A stretch of DNA of 62,914 nucleotides, filler included, from Phoronis australis (Eukaryota > Animalia > Phoronida): NCBI GenBank assembly GCA_002633005.1. It is 3 parts of 3 records of this genome, joined end to end, with 100 filler letters (N's around TTAATTAATTAA, not from the genome) between each part and the next. Parts side by side here need not be neighbours in the genome. Positions count along the whole stretch, not along the records: positions 1 to 27,432 come from NMRA01001315.1; 2 more parts are not named here. The stretch is one strand, 5' to 3'. Below, in pieces: positions 1 through 13,181 of the stretch. The first letter of the stretch is position 1. Every line of letters starts with the position of its first letter. The notes beneath the pieces were generated by a model. That model searched no databases and was not told where the DNA came from. It saw nothing but the letters and a program-made list of their open reading frames with translations. The position numbers and the translations under genes were made by a program.

Positions 1-2288
1 TCATTAGAAATCAATAGACCAACAATAGAAATGCCAGTTCTGGTGAAAGATACCAAAACAGTCGAAATCTTGTTTTGAATTCTGATGTGAAATCTAATGT
101 CCTCATAAGATTAGAATCGGTCATTTGTATTTCTATGTTTTCTTGCTTTTTAAGAGTTGTCTTTGTATGTTGCCTCTTCGAAATCAGTGGGTTTTCAACG
201 AAAATAATTTAGCACGACTTGTTTCTCTTCTGTGTGAATGAATCGCCAAGTCGGGATCTGCAACATCAACTCATCTTCAAGAATTCGTCGTCTCCGACAC
301 ATCGTCAACACGTCCGACCCCCGAGACCCATGAACGCTTTTTCCCGCCAGAAACCATCAACTCGTCTCCGAGATCATCAAAACGCACTTTACACTGGGGC
401 AAAATGTAGCCTGTGTCAGGAAACTTCACGCCTCGATCAAGTTGATTCCTCGGAAAGACTAGAAATCAGAGTCAGGATGGCAAGCAAACGACTCAGTTTT
501 GGAGAGCATTATTTATCTCGCCCTATTGTACCTAAACAAAATAAAACTAACCGATTCGTTGTACTCACCTAGTTTTTTAACTCTATTTTTAATGCATAAA
601 CCGGATAGATACAATATTATTACACAGGTTGTTAGGTTCCCTACACACGTCCAATCGCACTCACTCATGGGGCCTTACAAGACTTAAAGAATAAAGGTTC
701 ATCAACATATAAACTATCCATGGGAGTCCTACTAATCAAATTAGAATATTCGCCATTTTTGTAGAATATGTTTTTTATGATTTCTGTTTTTTAAGTAGTT
801 GACACAAGGCTTAACATTCATTAAACTCCGGCGGTATAAATGATATTTGCCCAAAAATTAATATTAAATTCAGAACATTTGAGTCTGAAAACCTTTCGCA
901 GGTAACATCCTGATGTGGGAGGCTTTTGTAAATTGGGTCACAGGGGAAATGCATGACAAAAACTGAAAAACGCAGATATACTTCTTGAAGAGTTATAAAA
1001 CAACAAAATATTGAATTGAACACTTTTTAGGCCGCTGAAATATTTCATGATGTCCCTAAAACTGTTTTTCTTTTTTCTGCTCTCTCGTCCTTAAATGAGA
1101 AGGTATATTAATTTCTACTTTTTAATTGTCGGGAAGCGTTCATTTTGTTGCAAAAATATTTTTGTTTCCTAATAAAAACTCTTATGTCAAATTGCAAGTG
1201 GTATTTATTGGATCGGGCGTCGCGCGAGAACGAATTACAAACTTGATTTTAATTTACTGCCAAGTAAGTGACGTCACCCAAGTGATTGTCAGTTATTCTG
1301 CTGTTGTTGAGATTAGAAATAGAAAACGTCTGCTCCCGCTTCCTATTCCAGACGAAATCTATTTTTAAGAAGGGCCACGTCACATTTTGTGATGAATTTG
1401 TCTCTTAAGTAAAACACTATCTAAATACCAAAGGTCCTAATTAAGCTGCGTACCCACTGGCCTTATAAAGCTACTTGTAAGAGGCTTATAAGTATATGAA
1501 AGAAACCTGTTAAAATTCACACTTTTAATGAAAACTAAAATTCCGACACAGAGATTGGCTTTAAAACACGAGACACGCAATTGTTCTTGCTTTAGACAAT
1601 TTTGGCTTTTAGTAGCAGAAAATCAAAATTTTGACGACTTACTGATGAAAGTACAATTTCCTGCTTCGTTCTCACGATTGGAGAAATCTGTCATATCCAA
1701 GCTCCGGCAAAATTCTGAAAAGGATAAAAGCTGCTTCTGGTTCTTCAAAGTCTCCTCAGTGGAACTATACTACTACTAAATGACGTGAACAGCATCTGCT
1801 CACTTATTTTGTGTTCACTTGGAAATGGGGGAGAAAATTTTTGATTTCTAACACGATGTCATGTAAGTGGCTTATTTTGTTCACAGTCTATGTTTTATTC
1901 GCGATACGATTCATTAAAAGCATGAGTTGAAAACACAATAAACCTTTGGTAAATCCAAGAAACTAGCTTCTGATTTAGTACATCTTCCACTTTAAACTTG
2001 GTCTCAACTTGTTTATTATTTAGATACGCAGCGAGTTCTTGTATGGCGAATAACTGACACTTTATTGTTAATCGAGACCATAGACGGCTAATAAAACCGT
2101 TACGGCATAAGTCAAAATGCAAAGCCTAATCTCCAGCAACAACGAGGTTTCAATTCTTTCCAAGTCCAAAAGTCACATCTATTTTAACAAAGGACAATGT
2201 GAGACTAACTTCAAATCAGTAAAACAAGTGGTCTAAATGAAAAAAATGTCACGGTTTTTGTAGAGATCGATGCTATTTAGTGGCTTAA

Positions 2289-3927
2289 AAGGGAACTGTA
2301 TTTTATTCTGAATAAATTCTGGATAGTTTTCTATGAATTGTTGATTAATTTCACAAATAATTCAACACCAAAAATTAAACTTATGTTCTCTAACGAAGCT
2401 CAAAAAATTACCGGCTTGGAGCGCTGCTTAGTCTCGTGACGTATTTGGCGGGGGCAAAGTCACTGTCCTGTGTTAGCGTGCAATCAAGTAGCGTTTTTTA
2501 TATTGTCGGAATAAGAAATTTTAGTGTGAAATTTCGGGTCACAAGGGATACCTGTTTGAGCCGAGGCAACACAAAGTGATACCCAGTCATCGTCATCGTC
2601 AGACGAAAATTTGCCGGTGTAACTGGTGTCAGTGACTGTGCCGAGGGCAACGTGGACTCTAGCCATCCAGTCAGCCAGTTGTCAGTCCCACTCCGGCAGC
2701 TCTGTAAACTTGAAGGGTTGGTAAGTTACCGACTGTACTTGTATGAAGACTATCGTACCACTGTGTGTTGAGCTCCGTTAACCCCGAAATTTCAGACAGC
2801 CGTTGACTACCCGGGTATAGTTGACTCAGTTAAGCTCGTCACCTCGTCGTAAAACTTAGGCTACATCAACATATAAAGCTAACGGACCGGCGGGGGCGCA
2901 TGCAAAATCTGATATAGTCACCCGACACTTCCATTGTTCGTTGCAGCCGTTTAAGTGGAAAACAATCAAATAAACGTCCTTTGGTAGCATAATTTGCCGC
3001 CTTTTTAACAAAGAAGTGTGTTGTCCGTTTCAAGAACAGTACGCTCGTGACACGGCGCACGCGCCATTTCATAAAAATTTGAGACGTCTTTCGGGACATC
3101 ATAACAGCTTCGCAGCACCAAGGTTGTTCTAAAATTCGGTTTGCTGGTGTAAAAATACTAAAAACTTGAAACAAAATGAAACAAGCTCCGATAATTTGTT
3201 ATAACATGTACGCAACCTAGGTACCGTCAGCGACGAACACATGATAAAAGAATCAGGGGGAAAAGAAACTGGTAAAGGTCAGGTGACGTAATCGCAAAAA
3301 GCCGACTCAAGAAAACACATCACAATTTTACTAGCACCAGCCGATGAACGATCGCTAACATTTCCAACACCGGTAAATACAGAAGTTAGTTTACTCTAGG
3401 AACCTGTTTCCTAGGTTTACTCAAGGATGACTTAGTTTTAATGACATTTATTTGAGTCAGATTTTATTTGTACATTTTTTACCCATATCGGCTTAAACCT
3501 GTAGGCCTATATCTAGTATACACTGAGCTTTGGGCCAAGGCTTGGGTAACCCGGCGATGGTATGCGATGACCATCCCTTTAGAAGACGCCTTTTTCGAAG
3601 AGTTTGAGCAACCAGGTGCCATACAAAAAGGCATAGCGAACCTTTTACAGCACTGTGGCAAACAATAAAAAATAAGGACGATTGATACAATGATAAATTA
3701 CGATGTAAACTCTTCAAATATGACATAAGCAATGAATGTGCAAAGCAGCCGATACCCCGCCGTTCACGTCACTGACACATCAGCCAATCAGCGATCGCTT
3801 TCAGAATTCAGTGTTTTGACCATGAATACGAATTGGCTTTTGTTTGGCACGCAAGTCAGGCAAATGTGAGTTTTATTTGTATGTTAGAACCGATTAACTG
3901 CAACATTATTTTGACTACAGTCCCCTT
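2289..3927 (-). mobile_element. Non-autonomous Kolobok-like DNA transposon retaining a truncated THAP N-terminus
   Basis: Ends aagggaactgta / tacagtcccctt are imperfect inverted repeats, each flanked by TTAA (2285-2288, 3928-3931). The - strand at ~3634-3550 reads MPFCMAPGCSNSSKKASSKGMVIAYHRR, the THAP start motif (MPxCxAxGCxN...FHxxP). TTAA TSD plus N-terminal THAP is typical of Kolobok. Confidence 0.6.
2760..3110 (-). repeat. Interspersed repeat, diverged copy of 57935-58250 in the opposite orientation
   Basis: Reverse complement shares colinear blocks with 57935-58250 (gaaatggc..gtgcgc..tgtcacgag, ctttgtta.aaaaggcgg, ctaagttt.ac.acgaggtgacgagct, gaaatttcgg, gagctc.acacac). Confidence 0.7.
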
Positions 3928-4994
3928 TTAAAAATTTGCCGAAAAATGGGCCGCGTCCCGTAATCTGGACACCACCACTGCCAAAATCGACTGTCAAGTT
4001 TAAAAACTTTATCCGTGACAGCCGTTAAAGTAAGAAAATTTAATTTTGTCGCAACTTTTTGCGCTTTCAAATCAAAGTCCGCTATGTTTCATTTACTGTT
4101 TAGTAAAAACATGTCTTTTGGAAAGTTAGTGAACTGTGAACTATGAATAAACAGTTAAAAGAAAAATAAAAGTAAGAAATAGGTTTCGTTTGTAAATAAC
4201 ATGTTGCTTATCGCATTTACCTCAGTTGGGAGATTCGTTATGTGTGACTGTGCGTGCGCGTACGTTTGTGAGTGAATGAGGGCTTGTTGTTATAGAGCAG
4301 AGGATCAGGTGGGTATTGGCTTGTTACACAGGTACGCGCTTTGTCTCACGACGATTACTCGGTGCTCCAGAACTTGTTGGAAGGTGGTGTCAGAAATCTC
4401 AGCCCATGTCCCCGGCTTTTGTAGACCATCGACCATGAGCACCAGGCCGAATTGGTCTAGCTCTGGTCGACGAGATGTACACAGAGTCGCTGTTGCGGGT
4501 GCCCAACCTTCTGCTGCCATACTAGTAGACACTGCGTCATCCTTAGTCAGCCCCATAAAGCAGGTGAACATTGTTGGGGCTGGTCACCTTAGCGCTACCC
4601 CAAGGTAGCCCAAATTTCGGATTTCCTCCTATCGCCACCCCTTCCACGATCCCTGGTTGNGAGGCTGGTCACCAGAAGCTCTAGTACTCTTATTTCAACA
4701 AAGGGTCACTTAGACTTGAAAAAGACACTCGCTTTACGCGTTTAGAATATGCTTTTGACCTTTAAGGGGTATTTTTATGAAATTCGCTTTTTAAGGTACT
4801 TTGGCAGTGACTGCCAAATTCACTCCTTAGGAGATATGAAAGTCTATATCGCAGGCTGTAAAACTCGGTGAAATACGAGGACAAATAGCATCACCTCGAA
4901 GTTAACTAAGAAGAACATCGTATCGCACATTGATGTTATGGTTTCGTCTATTTAGGAGAGTAGATATAGGGCCGAAGGTTAGATTCATCTTATT

Positions 4995-5043
4995 AGCTTT
5001 GTCCAAACCAACAGCCCTGAGGGCTGTTGGTTTGGACAAAGCT
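4995..5043. repeat. Perfect 49-bp palindrome (24-bp arms, 1-nt centre)
   Basis: agctttgtccaaaccaacagccct-g-agggctgttggtttggacaaagct. Confidence 0.95.
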
Positions 5044-5286
5044 CACTTTATTAGGGTCATGCTTTGAAGGTTCAGTTTGAAAAGATGCTGTTCCGAGGTA
5101 CCTGGTGCATTGCCTTCAGGGTTGTTTCGAAATTCCTTATTATCCGAGATTCTGATGGCTGCCCTCCATGAGTGCAAATGATGTAGGTATTTTCCAGAAT
5201 TTCATCCAGCGTAATAAATTCATTACAAGATTAGTTTTTCATGGTCAAAAAGTCGTCAACCAGTCGGTTGACTTCTGTAGGTAATA

Positions 5287-5543
5287 TAGGCCCGTAGGAG
5301 GGAGGGTAAAAACTTCTCCAAAGTACCCCCACCCATCTCCGGATGCCACCAAATTTGTTCTGACCACCCACATCTATCATGGGTGACTTATGCCCCAAAG
5401 AATGAGTCTGCTAACAACAAAGTCTTGACTAGGGTACTCAATGCAAATGTTCTCTTAAATTTTCTTTCTTCTTGTTTCGATGTCTTTCTTTTCTCGACTG
5501 CCCCCGGCATGCAACCCCCCGCACCTCGCTTCCTACGGCCCTG
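5287..5543. mobile_element. hAT-like MITE with 5-bp TSD
   Basis: Termini taggcccgtagga / tcctacggccctg; flanked by taata on both sides (5282-5286, 5544-5548). Confidence 0.65.
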
Positions 5544-6788
5544 TAATATGAAGATGCAAATGAACCTGTGCATGATACCTGAAGAAAATGAATCGCGGGA
5601 CATTACAGCAATATAACTTGAGTAAAGGCACACACAGTGCGGCTTTTGGGTTATGGCAAAAAAACATACTTGATTCTGGTCTCTGTTTTTTTTTTAAGCG
5701 AGTCGGTGAGGCGGTATTGTTTTTAAAGTTGCACAAGTTTGCAAAAAAGAAAACCCATCTGAGACGATCAAGTTTTTTACGTATCGCTTGGCAAATCTTG
5801 ACATTTCAAACCTTGGTTATCCCTATTCACGTGCCTTTAAAGTAGTTTTTCAAAAACACACTTGAAACCTTTGCTAACACTGATAAAGGGTATGTTTTTT
5901 TATTCGGTGATTGCAGGGAGTCTCAAAATAAGTCGGCGTAAAGGGCAAAACCAACTTTGCTTCCTGTTTGGCAAAGTCGCAAGTTAACGATACTCTTCCG
6001 CTTCATATTAGCTCAAAACTTCATAAAACGAATATAACTACTCTGGCAGCATCTGTCACAATTTAGACACTGAGACGCGGCGGCCGCTGAGTGGCCTGTG
6101 GTACCCCGTGCATCTCACTGAACCAGGCACCTGTCTGAAATAGTTTGAGTAGCATACGGAAGAGGTCACTAAAACTGCAGGGTCTCACCCCATAACATAT
6201 AGTGCAAGTATGTTTACAGATTATAGAATTTAACGACAATAAAATTATGTTATCAATTTAAAAGTACTCATGGTATTGAAGAAATATACTCTAATTATAG
6301 ACTGATTTTCTGTCAGTCTCGGCAGAATCGATATATATACCATATTCAAATAATGGGGTAAGAGCAGAATGCCGCCATATTGAATGTTCTTGTAGCGCAG
6401 CTCTTCACGGACGAAGTATTTGGGTGACGTTGATTTGCTGAACATCGTGAACTAGCCATGATATGTGTTCTATTCAGATTGACAAAGTAGCTGTGTTGAC
6501 ATAGCTTGGATTGTGCGTTTTCTGCCCAACAGTAGTTGTCTGTCGGTACTCTGATTTATGGGGTGTTCCCGAAACGGAACTGTCCGTGTCAACCACCGAC
6601 TGACCGGCGGGCGTTAAGCTTAACGGCCGGCTGAAAACGAGGAGTAAAATCAGCATTCAAAGACGAAAGTGCATTAGGAATGTTTCATAAAGTGCGGGAT
6701 CGACAACATTTCCCTTCGTTTATTTAAGCTGTTTGCAAAAGACAGCGGTAGCTAAGAGGCTTATTGCAGGAGCCGAGTAGAGTTGAAA

Positions 6789-6884
6789 ATGGCTGGTAAT
6801 GACCCAGACTTCCGCAATCGACTCGTGCGGTTGGAGAACACAATAAGGAGTGGAGCTTCTGAAATACACGTGGATGGACTTCTT
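6789..6884 (+). CDS. ROCK: Rho-associated protein kinase, first coding exon only
   Basis: aaaATGg context; translates MAGNDPDFRNRLVRLENTIRSGASEIHVDGLL then a consensus GTAAGT donor in phase 0. Resembles the ROCK1 N-terminus MSTGDSFETRFEKMDNLLRDPKSEVNSDCLL, recalled as ending at the same intron position. No kinase exons seen downstream in the window. Confidence 0.72.
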
Positions 6885-7653
6885 GTAAGTAAATGCACTA
6901 TTTTTTGATTCTGGTCCTCTTGCACAATGGCTTGAGTGAATTTAGCCTAAGAGGCACATGTCATATTTCTAATACAGTTACAGTTGGTGAGCCATTTTAC
7001 TAGTTTGAATTGAAGTCACTTTGCTGGTAATTTGTGAATATTGCGAGAACTTTGAAGGAATGAGTAAACTTATCTCTTTGTAATCAAGTGTTGTTCTTGG
7101 TTTTTGCTTGAATCAGTTTGGAATGCTGTTTAGCAGCTAGTTGATATCTGAATCGCTGGGAGAATTTTGGTATAGCTTCTGCCTGACCTAGTTAAGTGAC
7201 CTGGATAAACCATGGAGTTTAAGAAATAAGTAAAGCTAATAAAAGCAGAAACGTGATGTCATTTTTGCTATGACCAAGAGCATTAATTGTTTATGATATG
7301 ATGACATTGACCTGCTCACATGATTTTTGTATCGTTCGATTTCGCCTATCGTTCTCATTCCAAAAATATATGACTGTGTCCCCTACCACATCCCCTCATT
7401 ATTTTTATCGTCAAGTATCTGTTCGCACTAGTTCCAGGTTGACTCCGCCATGTTTGCTCAACTCAAATTTACAGTGACACCAGTTGCTAATGAATGAAAT
7501 AGCATCATCGATTTTGAATGGTGTTTGCCCATGTGATTCCCCCTAAAGTTTTCTTGAGTGAATATGGAGTAACAAGGGGCAGCATTTCACCCTTTTCCAT
7601 AAATTTTTAGAATTGTGATTATGTAACCCAGTTTCCACAAAATTCTCTGAAGT

Positions 7654-8648
7654 CAGGGTTTCCCCTGCGTGAAAACTTCTGGGTGGCCCACCACGCTCTT
7701 TTTTGGCCCCGCCACTCGTAAATCNCTCAAATTGACCGCCACACACCAAATCATGACGGGGAAACCTCACCGACACGTAAAAATCGCTAATAAAAATGAT
7801 TGCTAATAAAAATGATTGCTAATAAAAATGATAGCTAGTAAAAATGATAGCTAGTAAAAATGATCGCTAGAAAAATGAATCGCTAGTAAAATGATCGCTA
7901 GTAATAATGAATAAGTACAAGTCACACGGCAACTTTCGCTGTTTGTGGATCGATAGGGAAAAATAATAATTTTACTGTGGGATCTTGAATTGTGCCCATT
8001 CAATCCCCAATCTCCTTTCGTACCTTGTTTCTGCCTGGTTATCGTTATCCAACAATGCATATATACTTACTGTAATAAGCCAGGGACCAGGCAACGGCTT
8101 TGATACGAATTTTCTAAAATGGGAAAGCTACGCCGGCCAACGCCAATTCACTATCACTGATTTATGTTTAGCAAGACGGTATCAACGGAAGTTTCGTTGC
8201 ACGAATTTGTTCATTACGTCTACAAAGTTCAAATATTTTTTGTTCTATGTTTGTCACTTCATGGATAACTGAATTTTAACACTGTTTTTTGTACTCAAGT
8301 GCGACAGAGATCACGCCGGACACTTCATTGCCAAATTGTCTTGCGAAGTGTTCTTTACCCAGATACTTCCACTACATGATGCTCGGGTTAAGGTCTTGTC
8401 TATGTTGTCTATGATGAGCAAACTGCACCCAATTACATCTAATTTTCAAATTTTGCCTGGGGAAGGTCATCCCGTGCTCGCATGTGGTGCCGGGTTCCAC
8501 ATCCACGTCGAGCATTCACCACCACGCTCCTTTCGAAACCCAGCTAATAGGGGGATCCCATTTCTCACATTCGTGTGCGTCAACGGGCTTTGCACCCCGT
8601 TTTGGCCATTCACCACCACGCTCCTTGCAAAACCCAGGGGAAACACTG
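7654..8648. mobile_element. Non-autonomous hAT-like element, 995 bp, 5-bp TSD
   Basis: TIRs cagggtttcccctg / caggggaaacactg; perfect gaagt duplication at 7649-7653 and 8649-8653; subterminal caccac(cac)gctc repeats. Confidence 0.85.
7783..7910. repeat. 16-bp minisatellite (gctaataaaaatgatt)n, about 8 copies, inside the hAT-like element
   Basis: Direct reading of tandem units. Confidence 0.9.
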
Positions 8649-9901
8649 GAAGTGATACCCTTTTCACCAATTTGGACCTCGAAAACAACCCCGTTTTTTG
8701 CAGATTTTTGTTAGCGGATAAGTACCAGGGTCACCATAGGAATTTGAACCCTTGTGACCGTAACTCAGGGCCAGGTTCTTTGCTGGTTTGAACTTATGAA
8801 GAGCAATGCTCTGCAAAATATGGGTCGTTAGATTAGTTTTTCAGTTTTTGGTCGCCAATTGAACCATCCCATTCAACATGGTGGTATTACTATGGGGAAA
8901 TAGTGTGAGCAGAAATTTGATGATGAAATACAAAGGGAACGAGGTAGGAGACACTTTCGCTACAGGACAGCCTTGAGTGGGTCTTTACTTTCCAAGACTA
9001 AAACTTACCAAAGGCGTTTGAATTTAGTAGTTGATAGTTGATGAGCTGAAACTTTGGTAAGTCTTAATTCTAAGGTTAACACTTTTTCACTCGTTTCTGT
9101 TGTGCAAATACAGCACTAACTTCCATAAGCCGGAGGTGAGTCAAGAAAAACGCAAAATTATCTTCTATTTTTGTTGATTTCATGAAATATGAACACAAAA
9201 TGTTCTTTCCGGATAGTAAACTTTGGATTCGTCAAATACAAGCTGTCTCTCACTAGCCCCGTAGGTTTGACTAGTGACCTGGGCCTGTCACACTCACTGT
9301 ACGGCATGCAGGTCTAACATTTTTCTACAAATTACGCTTCACCCTGGCTAAACCACCAGAATTCGATTTGAGTGTAAAGGGACACTTTTGGAGGCTGTAG
9401 ACGTCCTTGAATCCTTCCAACGTTAACAAATAAACTTTAACACTGAAAATGATGGCTTTTTGCTGATACGTCTCTTCATATGTAAATGAAGTTGATGAGA
9501 ATGTTCAACCTCCGTTACTTTCAATTTACTTGAGGTGCTGCGGAAAGGTATAGAGGGTTTTGTGGAGATCAGCCATTTGGCAGCCATGCTGAGGGGAGGC
9601 AATATTGATGGAAGATGTCTGTACATCCTAATCCATTCTGTACACTGGAAGATTTTTCTGCAAATTACCCTTTGCCTGAACGCTTTCTAAATTACCAAAA
9701 ATCCTGTTACTTTGTGCTTCTTTTGAATGTAGGTGGACACCTTTGGAGGCAGTTAGTTTGAATATTTGAGTTCGGACAAATATTCGTGCAAGTATCATCT
9801 CTTCCAAAAATTCTTTCATGCTGTCAATGAAATTGCAGTCCATTTACTTGAGGCCAAATGGAAACATACAGAGCGTTATGGGGCAGTCACCTGTCTGACT
9901 G

Positions 9902-11400
9902 CAGGGCTCGACATAACGAGCTGCAGGTCGCAAATGCGACCTGAAATTTGGAAATGCGAGCTGAAATTTTGTCCAGCTCGCATTAAGTCGCAAAATGCGA
10001 CCTGGAATTTCCAGCGTATGCGAGCTGAGTTTTTAAACTTCGCGGCAGATACTTGGGAAATGTTGAGCAACTCAGGTGATTCCCACCGTTATTTGGTTGT
10101 TGCCAAATCAAGTTAAAAAAAATTCATTGAGAAAAGCGCTCCCGATGACTTGTAAACATGTCGCATGAACAAGGGAATACAGAATTGGTCTGACGCATTT
10201 TATTGACCAATACCTTCGGCATTTTGCAAATTTCCGGATGTGCCCAAGAAAGTTTCGGACCTCCGAATAACACGTGATAATACGTCAGAAAGCAGCGGTG
10301 TTTCTACTAATTCTTAAACTACGAAATTACCAAGCTTTGTGGTGGAAAAACATTTATTTTTCACGTAAGGTGTCCTTAATATCAAATTACGGCAACACCC
10401 ACGGCAATATGCCTGGTCGCACTNGTGGTGGAAAAACATTTATTTTTCATGTAAGGTGTCTTTAATATCAAATTACGGCAACACCCACGGCAATATGCCT
10501 GGTCGCACTGCGGCACTGGTCGGTTCCACTGTTAGCGCCGGAAAGCAGTCCCGGCAGACAATCGTCGTGACTTGGAAAAATGCGTCTCGTTTTTTATCGC
10601 GAAAGACAGCAAATGTGAAAATGATATCCGAATTAATCGCCAAACGACGGGCATGCCTTTACGCGCTTTCGGCAGAATAGTAGAAACCCGCACCGTCGGA
10701 AATCATTTCGAGGCTTTTTATTTCATGGAAAACTAATTGACTACGTACCGGTAAACAGCATAAGTCCCACATTTTTGTTGTGAAATTTGCAGTGAATTGT
10801 TTCTGCGTATCAATAGGTCATTCAGCGAGTAGGGCAACGTTTCACGAATTTCTTCCGACAAGATGTTTTTTCAAACGTCAAGTCGAAAAGTTTGGCCTGC
10901 GAACAAATGGAAGGAATTCGCACTCAGAGTTATCAATCTTTGGATCTTTAACGACTTTGATGACAGTCATATAGCAAGTCAGTCCTAGAAAAGTCGCCGA
11001 TACTTTTTCAACGTGTATTTTCTTCTTTTTCACGTTGCACACTCAGCTAATCGAATGCATGTGTCGGTTAGAGAGCACTGATTTAACTTTCACGTCGGCA
11101 ACTGCCTTGCGCTCCAGGGTCTTTCACTGGATGGGGCCAGTGAAGAATGGTAACGCGGTGCATGCATGATATGCTTGTAAGAACTCAGTTTTGCGACATG
11201 AAATTTGTGAGTATTTAACGTCGCAAGAGCATAATCTAGGCATTTTCTTATGACGTAAAAGCCAATTTTGGTCCGTAAAAATGGCGAGAAATTTTCGCGA
11301 CATGAAATTTATGAATGCGAGCTGAATTTTGAAAATGGGACCTAGGATTTTGGCTTGGTCGCAAAATGCGACCTGGCGATTTTCATAGCGTCGAGCCCTG
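9902..11400 (+). mobile_element. Non-autonomous hAT-like element, copy 1 (same family as 54329-56517)
   Basis: TIR cagggctcgac / gtcgagccctg, multiple (gtcgcaa)aatgcgacctg subterminal repeats, long homology with 54329-56517; TSD not preserved (gactg vs gatga). Confidence 0.85.
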
Positions 11401-11472
11401 GATGAACAGATGTTCAGTTTAGGGAGAATATTACAAATTGCCATTCGTTCATTTCATTTGTTGTCTTTGCAG

Positions 11473-11561
11473 GTTGTGAGCATGCGGAAATTTGTCAAAA
11501 AAGCCAAAGGACAGTGCATACAGAAACTGTCGCGCATGATCAAGCAGTTACGGAGCAAGAA
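11473..11561 (+). CDS. SRFBP1: Serum response factor-binding protein 1 (BUD22 family), first recognisable coding exon
   Basis: ttgcAG acceptor; VVSMRKFVKKAKGQCIQKLSRMIKQLRSKK matches SRFBP1 [30 protein letters not shown]; ends in phase 2 at GTTTGT. Confidence 0.85.
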
Positions 11562-12739
11562 GTTTGTACAGTATTTTTTAAGGGATTCTCTTATATGGGT
11601 TTGTGATGCTAACAATCCTGTGCTCAGTGGAGTTTGTTTTCATCTGAGTTCTGTAGACCCAAGTAACTTACCTGAAGCAAAAACGTGCTAAATCACATGT
11701 ATGAAATGTGAGTGTTTCGTGACTATGTTCAGAAGCATAACGGTGGCCACACAAGTGGTTGGTCGGTGAGTTTGGAATGTTGAGTTATGGGGTAGAATTC
11801 ACTATTTCCATTCAAAGTGAAGATTTCTTGCTAACAATACTTCGCGAGCGTCTTGAGTCTGCAGAACACGTCTCGTGTTTTTTGTTTACTCTAGACTCAT
11901 CTGTTCTCCTATTTAGGGGTCAAAGTTGCACAGAGGAGGAGCCATGAGGATACAGCTGTTGTGTCCTCTGACAGTGTTGTCAGAATTTGATCCTGTCTTT
12001 CTATCATCCAGATATCAAAACATTGACAGTTTGTCACTCAATTGTCTCATTGCTCAATGTTATTACCTGAATTTAAATAATCTTGGGTTGCTTTGAGTAA
12101 ACCTTAGAAACAAACCATGGACTTGCGGCAACAAGCTTCGCTTATGGATCAGAAATGATTGATGAATTCTACTCCAAGAGTAATGAATGCTATCCTGTAA
12201 TTCAGCATTCCAATCTCATTACTCACTTCGGTGGCGGCCATTTTGCTAGTCAGCGCTAGTAAAGTATCAAGTGTAATTGCAAAACACTTTTTCACTCGTG
12301 TGATTTTGTGTGGTCTCACTTTTCTTGCCACAAACTTGGTCTGCGAAATGTTACCCTAATGGTGAATGCATAGGAGGAACTGGTTACATGTCCAGTGAAT
12401 TTTGTTGAGCAAGAAACATGGAATTATTGTAAATGCTGAATCTGCTATGCGCCTTCTTTTGGCCAGAAAACTCCAATGTTGAATTTAAATAACTACCCAT
12501 AATAAAACTGGTCTCAACTTATACATACTTTCTGGGCTTAAGAACTGTGAGTTGTGGGACAGGTAGAGTTTGAGGCCAGTTGTGCATGTCGTGTTCGAGC
12601 TTAAAAGTTACATTTGGTAGAAGGCGAATTTTAACAGCTTCAAGTATATGATGTCTTGTTCGACCAGACTTCTTGCTGATATTCAACAGCAATGTCTGGC
12701 ACAGTACTATGCTATGACTTGCTTTCGTTCTATTTTCAG

Positions 12740-12812
12740 GGGATCAGAGGAGCAAGTGTCTCAAAATAACAAAAAGGCCGACAGGCTCCATGAAGAAATA
12801 GCGTTGATAAAG
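12740..12812 (+). CDS. SRFBP1: SRFBP1 exon
   Basis: ttttcAG..GT, 73 nt, phase 2->0; GSEEQVSQNNKKADRLHEEIALIK matches GTEDALLKNQRRAQRLLEEIHAMK. Confidence 0.85.
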
Positions 12813-13109
12813 GTTTTATTTTACATTCCATGTGATTAACATCATGCTAATGCCAAATGTATTTTAGAATACATTGGCAGTGTTTTTCTTTAGTTAGTTT
12901 CAGGACTTGCTTTGACCGTTCATAAAGTAACCTAAAATATTAGTGAAGCGGGCTGATGTGGTAACCTTTGTGAACTTTGGTGAGCTACATACTGGTTGAC
13001 ATTCTATTGATAGTTATAGTAAAACAAGGTTTTTGTCTTTTTAACAATTTAGATTTTTGTCTTTCATGGTTGTTGGTCAAGTAAACACTGATGATTTTTT
13101 ATTCACCAG

Positions 13110-13181
13110 GGTCTTCCTGTGGACAAGGTTTCCAAGTTCGCCTTGCAGAACACTACTCGGTGGGAGGATATAGTGAAGCAG
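13110..13181 (+). CDS. SRFBP1: SRFBP1 exon
   Basis: caccAG..GTGAGA, 72 nt, phase 0->0; GLPVDKVSKFALQNTTRWEDIVKQ matches [24 protein letters not shown]. Confidence 0.85.

Noticed and set aside
4276-4680. GC-richer island with overlapping ORFs on both strands
   Set aside because: No recognisable motif or consistent splice structure in any frame.
7783-7910. Regular short repeats resembling a CRISPR array
   Set aside because: Head-to-tail 16-bp units with no unique spacers, in a eukaryotic transposon.
10339-10509. 85-bp direct duplication inside the hAT-like element
   Set aside because: The copies are separated by a single N and differ at two bases, and the duplication is absent from copy 2; most likely an unmerged contig or haplotype overlap.
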